A stretch of DNA of 64,000 bases, from NCBI GenBank assembly GCA_963765895.1, contig CAVXZB010000024.1:32001-96000 (forward strand). Reading direction: 5' to 3'. A program made the position numbers and the translations under genes. Under the pieces are notes generated by a model. The model was given only the letters and a program-made list of their open reading frames with translations, did no database searches and was not told where the DNA came from. The DNA is from an uncultured Nitrososphaeraceae archaeon (GTDB taxonomy: Archaea; Thermoproteota; Nitrososphaeria; Nitrososphaerales; Nitrososphaeraceae). Of this stretch, positions 1 through 10,639 are shown piece by piece. How positions within the stretch are numbered: the first letter of the stretch is position 1; each line of letters opens with the position of its first letter.

Positions 1-395
1 TCTATAATATAAATAAAGTAGTCTGCCAAAGCAGGGCTAAACGTAGTCGTGATATTGTCTCCTCCGCTTTCAATTATAATCAGATCAAGGTAATCATGTT
101 TGGATTCCATTTCTTCTACTACTGAAATATTCATAGACGGATCCTCACGCACAGCCGTATGCGGACATCCTCCAGTCGCTAGACCTATAACAAGATCTTC
201 TGCCATCAGTCCCTTCTCAGTTGCCAGATTTCTTCTCATACGATCAGCATCTTCACGTGATACTACATCATTTGAAATTATCCCAACCTTATAGCCTTTT
301 AAATACAAAAGAGGGACTACCTGCTCGATTAACATAGTTTTTCCTGAACCAACTGGCCCACCAATTCCTACTCGAGGTATTCTCTTTGAACTCAT
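1..395 (-). CDS. ureG: Urease accessory GTPase UreG (truncated by window edge; not in ORF track)
   Basis: Manual translation from ATG at 395: MSSKRIPRVGIGGPVGSGKT (P-loop)...TGGCPHTAVREDP (Ni-binding CPH). Confidence 0.95.
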   Translation of the reverse strand, partial: MSSKRIPRVGIGGPVGSGKTMLIEQVVPLLYLKGYKVGIISNDVVSREDADRMRRNLATEKGLMAEDLVIGLATGGCPHTAVREDPSMNISVVEEMESKHDYLDLIIIESGGDNITTTFSPALADYFIYII

Positions 396-414
396 TGGTA
401 TTCGTACGATTTAT

Positions 415-1125
415 TCATGTAATAAACATTTTTGAAGGCATGAGCTCGTGAGCTATTTGGAAAATATCGATGCCCGGAGTAAATTGCCACATGCTGGACA
501 ATGGTCTATTTATATTCTTTGCCACTGTAGCCAAGATCGAAGGTTTTAGTTGGTGGATCAATTTCTGACCATCAAGGTGCTGTATCATTCCTAACCTAAG
601 AGCCGCTCCGATAATGCTGACAATAAAAGTGTAAAGCATCATGATACCACTGTTATATTTTGATATGCCTAACGATTGGCTTGCAACTGCCAGTGCGACT
701 GGATAAACACCGGAGGCCTTGTTCTGTTTGATGGCTTCTTGAAATTTGGTGATGAATTCGTTACCAGGTAGGAAATAGTTTACGCATCTTAGAAGCTGAG
801 TGCCAGACCTTGCAGATGCGTTCCTGACCTCTTCGATAAGCTTCATTGAGTAGATGGTTCGATCCACTTTTATCAATTCATTAATATTAGCCATTTCAAT
901 ACAGCCGTATGATACGCCTAGAGCAGTGCAATCAGCCGGTCCTATCTGGTGCTCCAGATAGACTGTTATCATGGTCCTAAGCTCGTCGGGGGTTTTTATC
1001 TTATTTTCACTGTAAAATAGTGCCTCAAGTCCGCTAGATGTTGTATACATTCCGGTTGGAAAGAAGGAATCAGAAAGTTGTAAAATACTAATCTCCTCAG
1101 CCTGTGGATCATAGTTAGTGTTCAT
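415..1125 (-). CDS. ureF: Urease accessory protein UreF
   Basis: LQLSDSFFPTGMYTTSSGLE N-terminal motif, C-terminal HE..SKMFIT; lies between ureE and ureG. Start at 1125 preferred over the track's 1152. Confidence 0.92.
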   Translation of the reverse strand: MNTNYDPQAEEISILQLSDSFFPTGMYTTSSGLEALFYSENKIKTPDELRTMITVYLEHQIGPADCTALGVSYGCIEMANINELIKVDRTIYSMKLIEEVRNASARSGTQLLRCVNYFLPGNEFITKFQEAIKQNKASGVYPVALAVASQSLGISKYNSGIMMLYTFIVSIIGAALRLGMIQHLDGQKLIHQLKPSILATVAKNINRPLSSMWQFTPGIDIFQIAHELMPSKMFIT

Positions 1126-1627
1126 GAATATGTGATCCTTCTTCTGGTTCAAACACCATATGCGCCTTGTTTATCTTGATATGGTCAATTATAGGATCTA
1201 GGAGCTTTCTAAACATCTCGAGCTCTGTATCAGCCTGGATTGGAAAGTAGATTTTTCGACCCTCTATTCTAAGAGGCCTATGCAAATTTCCGATTGTATG
1301 CCCTAGCCGTACAGGAATTTCTATGGAATTCAGATTCCCAATATCTTCATTAATGGATATCGTGGCAACGTTTTCAGGTTCAATTTCGATTATGATCATC
1401 TTATTTGGACTAGACAAGACCACATCTTTGTGTCTTAGTAGAATCCCCTGCGGCAAAGTGAAGGCGATATCTGTTCCCTTATCGGAGGTCTTGCGCATCC
1501 TTACGCGTTGCGACTCGGACCTTTGAATCCGAATAACCTCACATAAGTTGATTTTTGACAATTGTTCGTATTTGTCTGCAAATTCTGCATCCTTAACATT
1601 CCCAAGTATAGAATTAATGGTAATCAT
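1115..1627 (-). CDS. ureE: Urease accessory Ni-chaperone UreE
   Basis: RMRKTSDKG, GHTIGNLH motif, short His tail HIHEH. Confidence 0.92.
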   Translation of the reverse strand: MITINSILGNVKDAEFADKYEQLSKINLCEVIRIQRSESQRVRMRKTSDKGTDIAFTLPQGILLRHKDVVLSSPNKMIIIEIEPENVATISINEDIGNLNSIEIPVRLGHTIGNLHRPLRIEGRKIYFPIQADTELEMFRKLLDPIIDHIKINKAHMVFEPEEGSHIHEH

Positions 1628-2023
1628 TTAGCCTATGACACTTCGCTTACCTGAGATTGTCTCATTCATATGTCTATCTTTGCTGCCCTTCTTTACTGCA
1701 TCAATCATGTTGAAAAGCCTCTGAGTGTAATCAACATAGCCGTAATGTTCGTATTTTGACGAGTCAACTAAGACAAATACTAGGCCATTTTCTTGCATCT
1801 TCACCTTAGCACCAATTTCAAACTTTTCAGCTACGATACAGGAGGTGACCTTATGATCTGGATAGTCCAAATTGAGATGAGAAGCTGGATCAATCATTCC
1901 AGACATGGACTTGATCATTCCCGCAACGACCACAACATGCCTTATACGAGTTGGGTCCAATACCAACATATTCTCATCAATATTCGACTCCTCCACGCAA
2001 TGACGTATAAGCAAACCTGGCAT
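1628..2023 (-). CDS. Hypothetical 131-aa protein inside the urease operon
   Basis: ORF abuts the chaperonin stop (2024) and the ureE start (1627) with 0-nt gaps. Confidence 0.7.
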   Translation of the reverse strand: MPGLLIRHCVEESNIDENMLVLDPTRIRHVVVVAGMIKSMSGMIDPASHLNLDYPDHKVTSCIVAEKFEIGAKVKMQENGLVFVLVDSSKYEHYGYVDYTQRLFNMIDAVKKGSKDRHMNETISGKRSVIG

Positions 2024-3583
2024 TCACCTCTTTGTATCAGAAACTGTCTGGGGATCTAGATTTTCTGCGGCTAGGTTTCTATCGATACGCAAAACAGATT
2101 TTGCTATTTCACCAGCAGCTTTCAAGGCCATCGTCTTAACCAATAATGGGTCCAAAATTCCCTTATTCCACATATCAACAGGTTCCCCGCCATCAATATC
2201 TATGCCGAAACCACTAGGCGATGCTTTAGCAGCCATAACCTTCTCTAAACCATTGTATCCAGCATTCGAGAGAATTTGTCTCATTATACTTTCAAGGGCC
2301 GATGCTACAACTTCAAGTCCCACCTGCTCAAGACCCTTTAGCCGCATATCTTTTACCTGCTCTATAACATGCAATTCTGCGGCCCCCCCTCCTGCCACGA
2401 CTCCCTTATTCAATGCCGCCTCAGCAGCATTTACACCATCAATAGCGGCCCTCCATCGTTCCAGGGAAGTTTCTTTAGTTGATCCCGAGACTACCAAAGT
2501 TACCATATTCTTACCCGATCCACCTTCGATGCATACAACCCCATTTTCTTCCTCTTCGAATACACGATCTGCTCTGCCAACTATGTCAGGTTTAGACAAA
2601 TCATCGATCATTCTAACTATTTTTGCACCAGTATATCTAGACATGTACTCCATCTCTTCTATAGAGATCCGCACTGCAAATACGTTATGACTGACTAACA
2701 AGTCCTCAACTACTTGATCTATCTCTGTCGAAGCAAGCAGGAAAGTATTCGCACCAGTTGCAATCATCGCATCGACTAGTCGTTTCGATTTCTCTATTCT
2801 ATCATTCTCCATGCTCAATATTTCTTGATATTTGCTATTATCCTTGAGCCAAGACTCTTTTACGGGTTTGAGATCAAGTCTAGCAATCATAATCCTCGCT
2901 TCATTAATCTTAGTCGGCATCGCTGGGTCTACCCTCTTTCGTTCCAGGACTAATCCGGTCACAATGCGATCTTCCATATTTGTTTTCCGTATTACCATGA
3001 TTGATTTATCAAAATCAAATGAACCATCAAACTTTGCATTTTCTCCAACTGTTCTAAGAGCAGTAATGACGAGTGAGGAAAGTTGTCTACCGTCTAGCTT
3101 TGAAGAAAGTGATGTATTTACTACTTGTTCTAATGTTACTTCCTTAATTGAAATTGTTTTGGATTCGGCTTCTAACAATTCACAGGCGTGCCTTACTCCA
3201 CTGTCTATTCCTTCAACAACTTTGGTTGGATGTACGCCAAGCTCCTTTACAAGTTTCTTTCCTTCCTTGATCATTTCCGCAGCCATGACAACTGCTGTTG
3301 TAGTACCGTCTCCTACTAGCTGTTCTTGTCTTTCAGCAATTTCCACGATCATTCGTGCTACTGGATGAATAGCTCTTAGGGAGAGAAGAATGGTTACCCC
3401 GTCATTTGAGATATGCCTATTCATAGCTTGGTCTATTAATAATTTATCCAGTCCTTTAGGTCCTAAAGTCGTCCTCACTGTATCGGCAACGGCCATAACT
3501 GCGTTGGAGTTTGATTCGAGAGCATTGAACTCAATACTCTCCGCCATCGGTCTCCACACACCAAAATTAGGATTTGACATCAT
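2024..3583 (-). CDS. Group II chaperonin (thermosome/TCP-1 family), divergent paralogue
   Basis: TLGPKGLDK, SNDGVT, GDGTTT and GGGAAE motifs; 519 aa. Confidence 0.92.
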   Translation of the reverse strand: MMSNPNFGVWRPMAESIEFNALESNSNAVMAVADTVRTTLGPKGLDKLLIDQAMNRHISNDGVTILLSLRAIHPVARMIVEIAERQEQLVGDGTTTAVVMAAEMIKEGKKLVKELGVHPTKVVEGIDSGVRHACELLEAESKTISIKEVTLEQVVNTSLSSKLDGRQLSSLVITALRTVGENAKFDGSFDFDKSIMVIRKTNMEDRIVTGLVLERKRVDPAMPTKINEARIMIARLDLKPVKESWLKDNSKYQEILSMENDRIEKSKRLVDAMIATGANTFLLASTEIDQVVEDLLVSHNVFAVRISIEEMEYMSRYTGAKIVRMIDDLSKPDIVGRADRVFEEEENGVVCIEGGSGKNMVTLVVSGSTKETSLERWRAAIDGVNAAEAALNKGVVAGGGAAELHVIEQVKDMRLKGLEQVGLEVVASALESIMRQILSNAGYNGLEKVMAAKASPSGFGIDIDGGEPVDMWNKGILDPLLVKTMALKAAGEIAKSVLRIDRNLAAENLDPQTVSDTKR

Positions 3584-3626
3584 AAGGACATGTCAAACAG
3601 ACAAAAATAAAGATATTGAAAACATC

Positions 3627-3640
3627 AAAAATAAAAAAAA
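3627..3640 (-). terminator. Oligo-T terminator-like tract after ureC
   Basis: A-rich run on the + strand reads as a T-run on the minus strand, about 20 nt downstream of the ureC stop. Confidence 0.4.
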
Positions 3641-3661
3641 TTGAGTTTTTCTTGGTCGAAG

Positions 3662-5389
3662 TTATGCCATAAAGTACCTTTGGGCAGAAGAAAGTTCTTT
3701 TGCCGGATCAACTGTTGCAATCTTGCCGTCCAATTTTACCTCATATGTCTCAGGATCAATCGTTATTTCTGGAGTCTTGTCATTCCACATCATATTTCTT
3801 TTGCTAATGCTTCTACAGTTCTTTACTGGCAAGACTACTTTCTCTAATCCTAATTTTTCTGGGACGCCTAGCTTTACTGCCGCCTTTGATGTGAATGTGA
3901 ACGATGTCTTCTGTACAGCCTTTCCGAGTGCTCCAAACATAGGTCTATAGAATACTGGTTCTGGCGTTGGAAGCGAAGCATTAGGATCTCCCATTATTGA
4001 CCACGCAATGAATCCTCCCTTGAATATCATTTTTGGCTTTGCCGGGAAGAAGGCTGTTGAATACATTGCGATATCAGCATATTTTCCTACTTCAAGTGAG
4101 CCCAAATAATCTGCAACTCCGTGCGTGGTTGCAGGATTTATTGTGGTTTTCGCAATGTACCTCTTTGCTCTGAAGTTGTCATTACCTTCTGAGTCTTCTT
4201 TCAGACTACCCTTCATTTTCTTCATTTTATCGGCTGTCTGCCATGCTCGTATCACAACTTCACCTATTCTACCCATTGCTTGGCTATCTGAGGAATACAT
4301 ACTTAGAACACCTTCGTCATGTAATACGTCCTCGGCTGCAATCGTTTCTGCTCTAATACGAGATTCTGCAAAGTGTACGTCCTCTGGGACACTTGGGTTC
4401 AGGTGATGACAAAACATCAGCATATCAAGATGCTCAGCTATAGTATTCATTGTATACGGTCTTGTGGGATTTGTCGATGATGGTAAGGCAAAGGGTTCGC
4501 CAGCAATCTTCATAATATCAGGGGCGTGTCCACCACCAGCTCCTTCTGTATGATAGGTATGTAATGTTCGCCCATCTATCGCGTTGATAGTGTCTTCTAC
4601 GTATGCGCATTCATTAATGGAATCTGTATGTATTGCTAACTGAGTATCCGTTAGATCACATGCTCTGAGCGATGCATCCAAGACTGCCGCAGTTGTTCCC
4701 CAGTCCTCGTGGTCCTTTAGCCCGCAGGCGCCTGCTTCAATCTGTTCCATCTGCGTAGCTAGAGATGGATGTGAATCATTCCCTTTACCAAGGAATCCGA
4801 AATTCATTGGTATATCCTCTATAGATTCTAACATTCGGCTCATATTGAATACGCCAGGGGTACAAGTTGTAGCATTAGTCCCATCAGCAGGTCCAGTACC
4901 TCCACCTATCATATTACATATTCCTCCACTTATGGCATCGATATATTGTTGGGGAGAGATGTTATGAACATGAGTATCAAAATGTCCAGGAGTGCATATT
5001 GTATGCTCCCCTGCGGTTGCCTCTGTACATGCTGATACTACCATATTCTTACTTACCTTATCCATGATGTTCGGGTTCCCTGCTTTGCCGATCCCGGCGA
5101 TCTTTCCGTCCTTTATACCGATGTCTCCTTTTACTATGCCAATTTCAGGATCCAATACGACTGCATTTGTGATTAGAAAATCAAGGGCACCATTAGCATT
5201 GGTTACACCTGGTGTTTGAGCCAAGCCATCTCTTATCGTTTTGCCCCCACCAAATACACACTCATCTCCAGGAGTTATGAAATCCTTTTCTATCTCAATT
5301 AATAAATCAGAATCTCCCAATCTTACCTTATCTCCAGTCGTTGGACCGAATAAATCTGTGTATTGTTTGCGAGTTAATTTAAGAACCAT
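3662..5389 (-). CDS. ureC: Urease alpha subunit
   Basis: [24 protein letters not shown] (carbamylated Lys), [25 protein letters not shown]; probable start [10 protein letters not shown] at 5389. Confidence 0.98.
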   Translation of the reverse strand: MVLKLTRKQYTDLFGPTTGDKVRLGDSDLLIEIEKDFITPGDECVFGGGKTIRDGLAQTPGVTNANGALDFLITNAVVLDPEIGIVKGDIGIKDGKIAGIGKAGNPNIMDKVSKNMVVSACTEATAGEHTICTPGHFDTHVHNISPQQYIDAISGGICNMIGGGTGPADGTNATTCTPGVFNMSRMLESIEDIPMNFGFLGKGNDSHPSLATQMEQIEAGACGLKDHEDWGTTAAVLDASLRACDLTDTQLAIHTDSINECAYVEDTINAIDGRTLHTYHTEGAGGGHAPDIMKIAGEPFALPSSTNPTRPYTMNTIAEHLDMLMFCHHLNPSVPEDVHFAESRIRAETIAAEDVLHDEGVLSMYSSDSQAMGRIGEVVIRAWQTADKMKKMKGSLKEDSEGNDNFRAKRYIAKTTINPATTHGVADYLGSLEVGKYADIAMYSTAFFPAKPKMIFKGGFIAWSIMGDPNASLPTPEPVFYRPMFGALGKAVQKTSFTFTSKAAVKLGVPEKLGLEKVVLPVKNCRSISKRNMMWNDKTPEITIDPETYEVKLDGKIATVDPAKELSSAQRYFMA

Positions 5390-5405
5390 TATTAATCTTC
5401 TCCTT

Positions 5406-5795
5406 TTATGCGCCCCTAAAGCCCTGCTTCTTTGCCTTTTCCAGTGCCGCGTTTTTTGCAACCGATGAATTCAGTCCTCCCATTACAAGCCCGTTAAATC
5501 CATGCACAACGCGAGACCCTCCCAATTCGCACAATTCTACCTCCTTAGAATCACCTGGCTCAAATCTCACTGAAGTACCTGCAGGAATATTCAATCTAAA
5601 CCCAAACGCCTTTTCTCTTGGAAAGTCTAGTGCTCTATTTACTTCAAAGAAGTGAGTGTGTGAACCGACCTGGCAAGGTCTATCTCCGGCATTCTTGACA
5701 TTGATTTTGATTGTCTTTTTATTCTCATTGCAATTAACAGGGCTTTGTGCCAAAACATATTCTCCAGGGATCATATTTTTGGAACCTTCCTCCAT
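5406..5795 (-). CDS. ureB: Urease beta subunit
   Basis: [37 protein letters not shown]; alternative start at 5774. Confidence 0.96.
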   Translation of the reverse strand: MEEGSKNMIPGEYVLAQSPVNCNENKKTIKINVKNAGDRPCQVGSHTHFFEVNRALDFPREKAFGFRLNIPAGTSVRFEPGDSKEVELCELGGSRVVHGFNGLVMGGLNSSVAKNAALEKAKKQGFRGA

Positions 5796-5846
5796 AATTG
5801 GTTTTTTTTAATTTTCATCTTTTTGGTATCAACCAACTAAAATCAC

Positions 5847-6147
5847 CTAATAAACTGGGTCATGTACTGTTACCAGTTTAGTGCCGTCTGGGAATGTAGC
5901 TTCTACCTGAACTGTATGTATCATTTCCGGAACGCCTTTCATAACGTCGGCGCTCTTTAGAACTTCTCTTGCTGATTTCATCAAATCAGCGACAGTTTTG
6001 CCTTCTCTTGCGCCTTCTACAACAAAGTTTGCAATATACGCAATGGCTTCAGGATAGTTAAGTTTTACGCCTTTTTTCTTTCGTCCTTCTGCAATTTGTG
6101 GCGACAGTCCAAATGACCATCTTTTCCATTTCCCTCGGTGCTAACAT
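5847..6147 (-). CDS. ureA: Urease gamma subunit, one +1 frameshift near 6100 (not in ORF track)
   Basis: [16 protein letters not shown] / [18 protein letters not shown]...[21 protein letters not shown]; span 301 nt = 3n+1. Confidence 0.95.
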
Positions 6148-6267
6148 CAAATTTTTCTATTACCTCATTGTATAGAATAGATCTGAAATATTTAAGTATA
6201 GAAGTCCTACGTGCTATAATTCTGAAGAAAACCACCTTCTACTGACGCTTAGTTCAAAGAGGATTAT

Positions 6268-6285
6268 TTAGTAGACGTCGACTAA
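6268..6285. promoter_or_regulatory. 18-bp palindromic candidate operator upstream of ureA
   Basis: TTAGTAGACGTCGACTAA; its reverse complement matches 8481..8498 at 17/18. Confidence 0.6.
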
Positions 6286-6292
6286 AATTTCA

Positions 6293-6877
6293 TTAATGCG
6301 TAGAGATGCTAACTGGGACCACGACTCCAAGCCAGAAAACAATCTGTTCATATTTTCCATTTTTATTGACCGGCAGAGCGAAATCATAGACTTTTGTTTG
6401 AGAATGGATTTCAATGAAATTTGATTGTATCATCCTTCCAACCATGTTCGTAATAGTCGTCTCTATGCCCTTTCTCAAAATGAAGGCATCTATTTTTGAA
6501 TATTCAATATAAAAGTTTGAAGGGTTATCTAATAATGCTGCTGGATTTATGACACACGAGTTAGAACTGAAGTCAGATTCCCTCAGTTTGTTTTTTAAGA
6601 GTAGATAGGGATAAGGGGCCATTCCTGCAACGTAACCTAAATCTACAAATTTTTTTAGTACTCCCTTTTGACTAACAATTATTCTATTTGTAGTAAAATC
6701 TAGCCGTAGATTCTTCCCCCAACCACCTTTTGTTTCGGAACTTAATCTGAGGATCGTCTCCTCAATGTCACGGCTCTTGCACCAGTCAATAAAAAACAAG
6801 ACCTTTTCAGAGTCAGACTTTGTGATCAGAATATCTTTGGAATAATCCAAAAATTCGGCAAACTGCTCAGGAATCAC
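6293..6877 (-). CDS. Hypothetical protein between ureA and the urea transporter
   Basis: 194-aa ORF with TATA-like element upstream (~6912-6918); no family recognised. Confidence 0.7.
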   Translation of the reverse strand: MIPEQFAEFLDYSKDILITKSDSEKVLFFIDWCKSRDIEETILRLSSETKGGWGKNLRLDFTTNRIIVSQKGVLKKFVDLGYVAGMAPYPYLLLKNKLRESDFSSNSCVINPAALLDNPSNFYIEYSKIDAFILRKGIETTITNMVGRMIQSNFIEIHSQTKVYDFALPVNKNGKYEQIVFWLGVVVPVSISTH

Positions 6878-7152
6878 AAGAACACCTGACGTACAGAATT
6901 CCCGACATCTAAATATAACTTTGCATATGCTTATCGACTTATATTGGAATCTAGATTATTGCTATTAAACAACGAGGGTTAATCACCCAACCTAAGATAC
7001 TAAGGAGTCAAGTAAATGTTCAGATAGTAGAGATTAATAGTAGTTCATGTAACTGTTCGTTGGCAAATTTTTATACCTTGTCTGGAAATATGGTCTAAAA
7101 AGCGACCGTAGAGTCCCCTGTAAAGTCCTGAGTTATGATTTACCGATCGTGT

Positions 7153-8325
7153 CTAAGGTCTTGACCAGCCTATTCCTGCTGGAATATGCATTAATCCTGC
7201 TGTTGCTATCATCCAAACCCAAGCAGTAAACACAAAGGGACCAGTTAGCGCAGGAAGTCCCCATGTTCCAAAGAATTTTTGCAACGCAGGCATTACAACT
7301 ACTGAACAGGTCACGGTGGCCAATATAGCCATGAAAAATGTTTGAGGTGTCAACGGAAGAAATGAGGTAAGTGCGATCATTACCAGGACTTGATTAAATC
7401 CGTGAAGACCTATCCTTACCTCAGCAGTAGGCAGCTTTGTTAGAATTGCCAAGGCGGCTCCAATAGCCGAACCAATCAGCGCCATTAACCCCCCAAGGTA
7501 AAGCGGAGACAAGGGGTTCCATCCGGCAGTATAAGCGTTAGTCCACCAAGGACGAACTTGCACACCAGTCGCGGTTGTTATTATTGGGGCAAGCTCAAAT
7601 GCTAATGTAAGCCCGACCACCCAAAAGACGCCTGTCTTCCAGTTTTCGACAAATGTGACCTGTGAAACACCCTTCAGCGTTGCAATCATAAATTCCTTAG
7701 CAGTCCATTTAAAAGGAGCTGAGGGCTCCGGATTGCCACTTCCAGGAATCAATACTTCCTTCTCGGGCGGAGGAAGCTCTGGCCATATATCATGACCATA
7801 TCTTCTACTAGCATACATCATTGCCCAGGTAGTAAATATGAATGATGACGTAAATCCAGGTATCGCCCAGCCGTGGCCGCCATTAACAAATATATCGCCC
7901 ATCCAGTGACCAAAAGCTTGCCATACTACTGCAGTTATAGCAGCTCCGAATACAGATATCCAGAATGTGGCTTTGTTTGCCTTCACAAATGGACCTGACC
8001 AAAATGCCATACCCGTCAAAATCGAGTTATAACCAAACAAACCAAAGGCAACATTTGTATAAGAAGCACCGAATATAATGGCCATTCCTGCTCCGATAAG
8101 TCCAGCCAGGACCATCATTGCACCAGCTTTTCTTGAAGCCAAAAACACTCCTGAAACAATTAAAATCCCAGTTACTGGTGAACTAAATAACGGTACCTCA
8201 GAAATACCATTAAACAAAATATAGAAGAAGTCCAATACTGGATTTCCGGTTGAGTAAGTAGCCGACCCAGCTATTGGTGCAACGGCCGCAATTATCGGGA
8301 GGAATGAATGAAATACTTCTATCAA
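7153..8325 (-). CDS. Urea transporter (UT/Yut family)
   Basis: Two homologous halves with GISEV/GVSQV, GLFGYNS/GLHGFNQ and PGFT/PALTGPF motifs; very hydrophobic; next to urease. Confidence 0.9.
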   Translation of the reverse strand: MIEVFHSFLPIIAAVAPIAGSATYSTGNPVLDFFYILFNGISEVPLFSSPVTGILIVSGVFLASRKAGAMMVLAGLIGAGMAIIFGASYTNVAFGLFGYNSILTGMAFWSGPFVKANKATFWISVFGAAITAVVWQAFGHWMGDIFVNGGHGWAIPGFTSSFIFTTWAMMYASRRYGHDIWPELPPPEKEVLIPGSGNPEPSAPFKWTAKEFMIATLKGVSQVTFVENWKTGVFWVVGLTLAFELAPIITTATGVQVRPWWTNAYTAGWNPLSPLYLGGLMALIGSAIGAALAILTKLPTAEVRIGLHGFNQVLVMIALTSFLPLTPQTFFMAILATVTCSVVVMPALQKFFGTWGLPALTGPFVFTAWVWMIATAGLMHIPAGIGWSRP

Positions 8326-8480
8326 ACCAAGCTACATCTGTGGAGGTATATTTTAACGATTTGTAAATTATTCATGTTTATTAATCACGTTACTATCGCA
8401 TGGCAACTCATAGTAAATCATTGCGAAACTAATAGACTACTATTGGCTAGATACTACGTACTTTAAGAAAAACATGATAG

Positions 8481-8498
8481 TTAGCCGACGTCTACTAA
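8481..8498. promoter_or_regulatory. Second copy of the palindromic candidate operator, between the urea transporter and the Lrp gene
   Basis: TTAGCCGACGTCTACTAA. Confidence 0.6.
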
Positions 8499-8805
8499 TG
8501 CAGGAAAGATCAAGTTGTTTGTGGCGTTCCAGAGATTAATGAACTCAGTATTACTATCATGTTTTGACCTTGATATTTAATTAATGTCAATATTGTAAAT
8601 TAGTAACCTGTACAGAATTTGAATTGAGGCTCCTTTTTCATATATTTAAAGAGTTAAATTCATCAAAGGAAGTTTAAGTAGAAGGCAATCAAGCTTCTGG
8701 CTGATTCGTCCTTTGAACAGCAAATTAAGCAAATTTGGCTCTTTTCCTTATTACACATTGGAATCATAAACTTCTATATCCTTCGTTAGTAATACAGGGT
8801 CATTC

Positions 8806-9345
8806 ATGATAGACGCGATCGATGAGTTGATTCTATCCACGCTAAGTAAGAATTCTAAACAAGACACCGTAGAGATATGCGATTATCTAAGGGACTATGG
8901 ACATAACGTGACTGAGGATGAAATAGATTCTCGAATTATCAGTTTAGAGAAGGAAAAAGTGATTTCGCGATATACTATTTCCATTGATTCAACAAAGATT
9001 AAACGTAGGATTATAAGGGTCGCACTCGTTCGCTTTAAGGTATCGCAACACCTTCTCAAGCGACTAGAGGGTCTAAAGAAATACCTAACTGAAGCCCCGT
9101 TTGTGCTCTATTGCGGACGAACCAGAGGTGGATATGACTGGATTACTATTCAATGCTTTCTGAATGAAGATGTTGCTGATGAGGAAAGTGACATCTATCG
9201 AAATCTGTTTGGAGATATTATTCAGTCATATGAAGTATATGACTTTATACCGATGAAAGAACTATCGACTCACGCACTTGCTCATACATTTGACGAGCAC
9301 AGAAAATTCTTAGGTGAGTGGATTTCACCCTTTCTTGGCAGATGA
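8806..9345 (+). CDS. Lrp/AsnC family transcriptional regulator
   Basis: IDAIDELILSTL...RIISLEKEKVISRYTISID HTH region; RAM-like RTRGGYDW. Confidence 0.8.
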   Translation: MIDAIDELILSTLSKNSKQDTVEICDYLRDYGHNVTEDEIDSRIISLEKEKVISRYTISIDSTKIKRRIIRVALVRFKVSQHLLKRLEGLKKYLTEAPFVLYCGRTRGGYDWITIQCFLNEDVADEESDIYRNLFGDIIQSYEVYDFIPMKELSTHALAHTFDEHRKFLGEWISPFLGR

Positions 9346-9386
9346 TCTGGTGCCTGTCATGTTTGTTGTATATTTCATAGGGCACA

Positions 9387-10260
9387 TTACTCATTGAGCT
9401 TCGAATTAGAATTTTTGAATATAATAGCGTCGTCAATCATACTATGAGCTCTTAATCTTGTTTCCATCAAAAAATTAATTATTTCACCCCTTTGAGCCGG
9501 CTCTACGGTTTCATGAATTTCATCAATTAGGCTGTCTAATCTAGCCAGTAAAATTCTTAATGCCAGCGTAGTCTTTTTTGTAACTTTCAAAATTTGAATT
9601 GATTTCTTATATTCATTAGAAGCTTTGAGGTTGGATTCACCAACATATCTTAGACTGGATTTTATTTCCCTTATCTGTCTCACAGTCAAGCTGTTATTGG
9701 TCACTTGCTCAATAATTTCGGACTGTCTGTCGAAAGGAAGATTTGAAAGTTCTATCGCACAGCTAACGTTTAGCCTATTTGCAGCAATTCGTTCTTTAAG
9801 ACTATCGGGCAATCTTAGTAGCTGAATTCTATGCGAAACATATTCCTCACTCATTCCGATCTTCTTAGCAAGTTCGCTCACGCCACCCCAGCCAAAGTCA
9901 ATTACATATCTTCTGAATGCCTCTGCTTCCTCAATCGCATCCATTGCTTTACGTTGCATGTTTTCCGTAAGTTGAATTTCATATGCATCCTTATCTGACA
10001 TCTCCCGTATTTTGCAAGCTATGAAACGGCAGCGAAGAGATCTGCATGCTTGAAATCTTCTGTGCCCAGCCACAATCTCAAAACCTTGCGCAAGCGGGCC
10101 TTATCAGGATAGGTTGCAGCAATCCATGTTCTCGTATGCTGGCGACCAGGCTGTCATCTTCAGGTGAAATTTTTTGAAATTTATTTCTAACTGCGAATTG
10201 AGATGGCTTTATCATTTTCATCTCGATATGTTCTACTATGCTTGTATCAAAAAATTCCAT
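9387..10260 (-). CDS. ParB/Spo0J-like CTPase with HTH, one +1 frameshift near 10095 (two ORFs in track)
   Basis: SIREHGLLQPILIRP / FEIVAGHRRFQA, ENMQRK, HTH SELAKKIGMSEEYVSHRIQLLRLP. Confidence 0.88.
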
Positions 10261-10639
10261 GGAAAGAATTGCAAATCTAACTACTTATTGTTTGCTGAGA
10301 TCAGGTAATTATCACAACATGTGTCTATTATCTAATAAATTTAGTAAGAATCTTTAAATAAATAATAAAATGGTGATACAATCTTGTTCATAAAGTCCAA
10401 AGCAAATATGTTTACTTTTAGCGGCAAATCTGGCCAGTTCTTAAATAACGATTCGGATCCAGGCATTATTTTAGGCAAGTAATCTAATCTACTAATTATT
10501 AGTAGAATAACACCATGCTGATTTGCCCCTGTAAATAGCAAGACCCTTTCCTGCCCCTAATTGGATAATAATAATCCCTAAATGTAAGAAAAATTCATAA
10601 ATGATTACCTTACCCCCATCTGACTGAGAACGTATTCCA

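Noticed and set aside
2202-5468. Long plus-strand ORFs opposite the chaperonin and ureC (also opposite dnaG, HK, dnaK and purB)
   Set aside because: Antisense shadow ORFs of well-supported genes; no motifs
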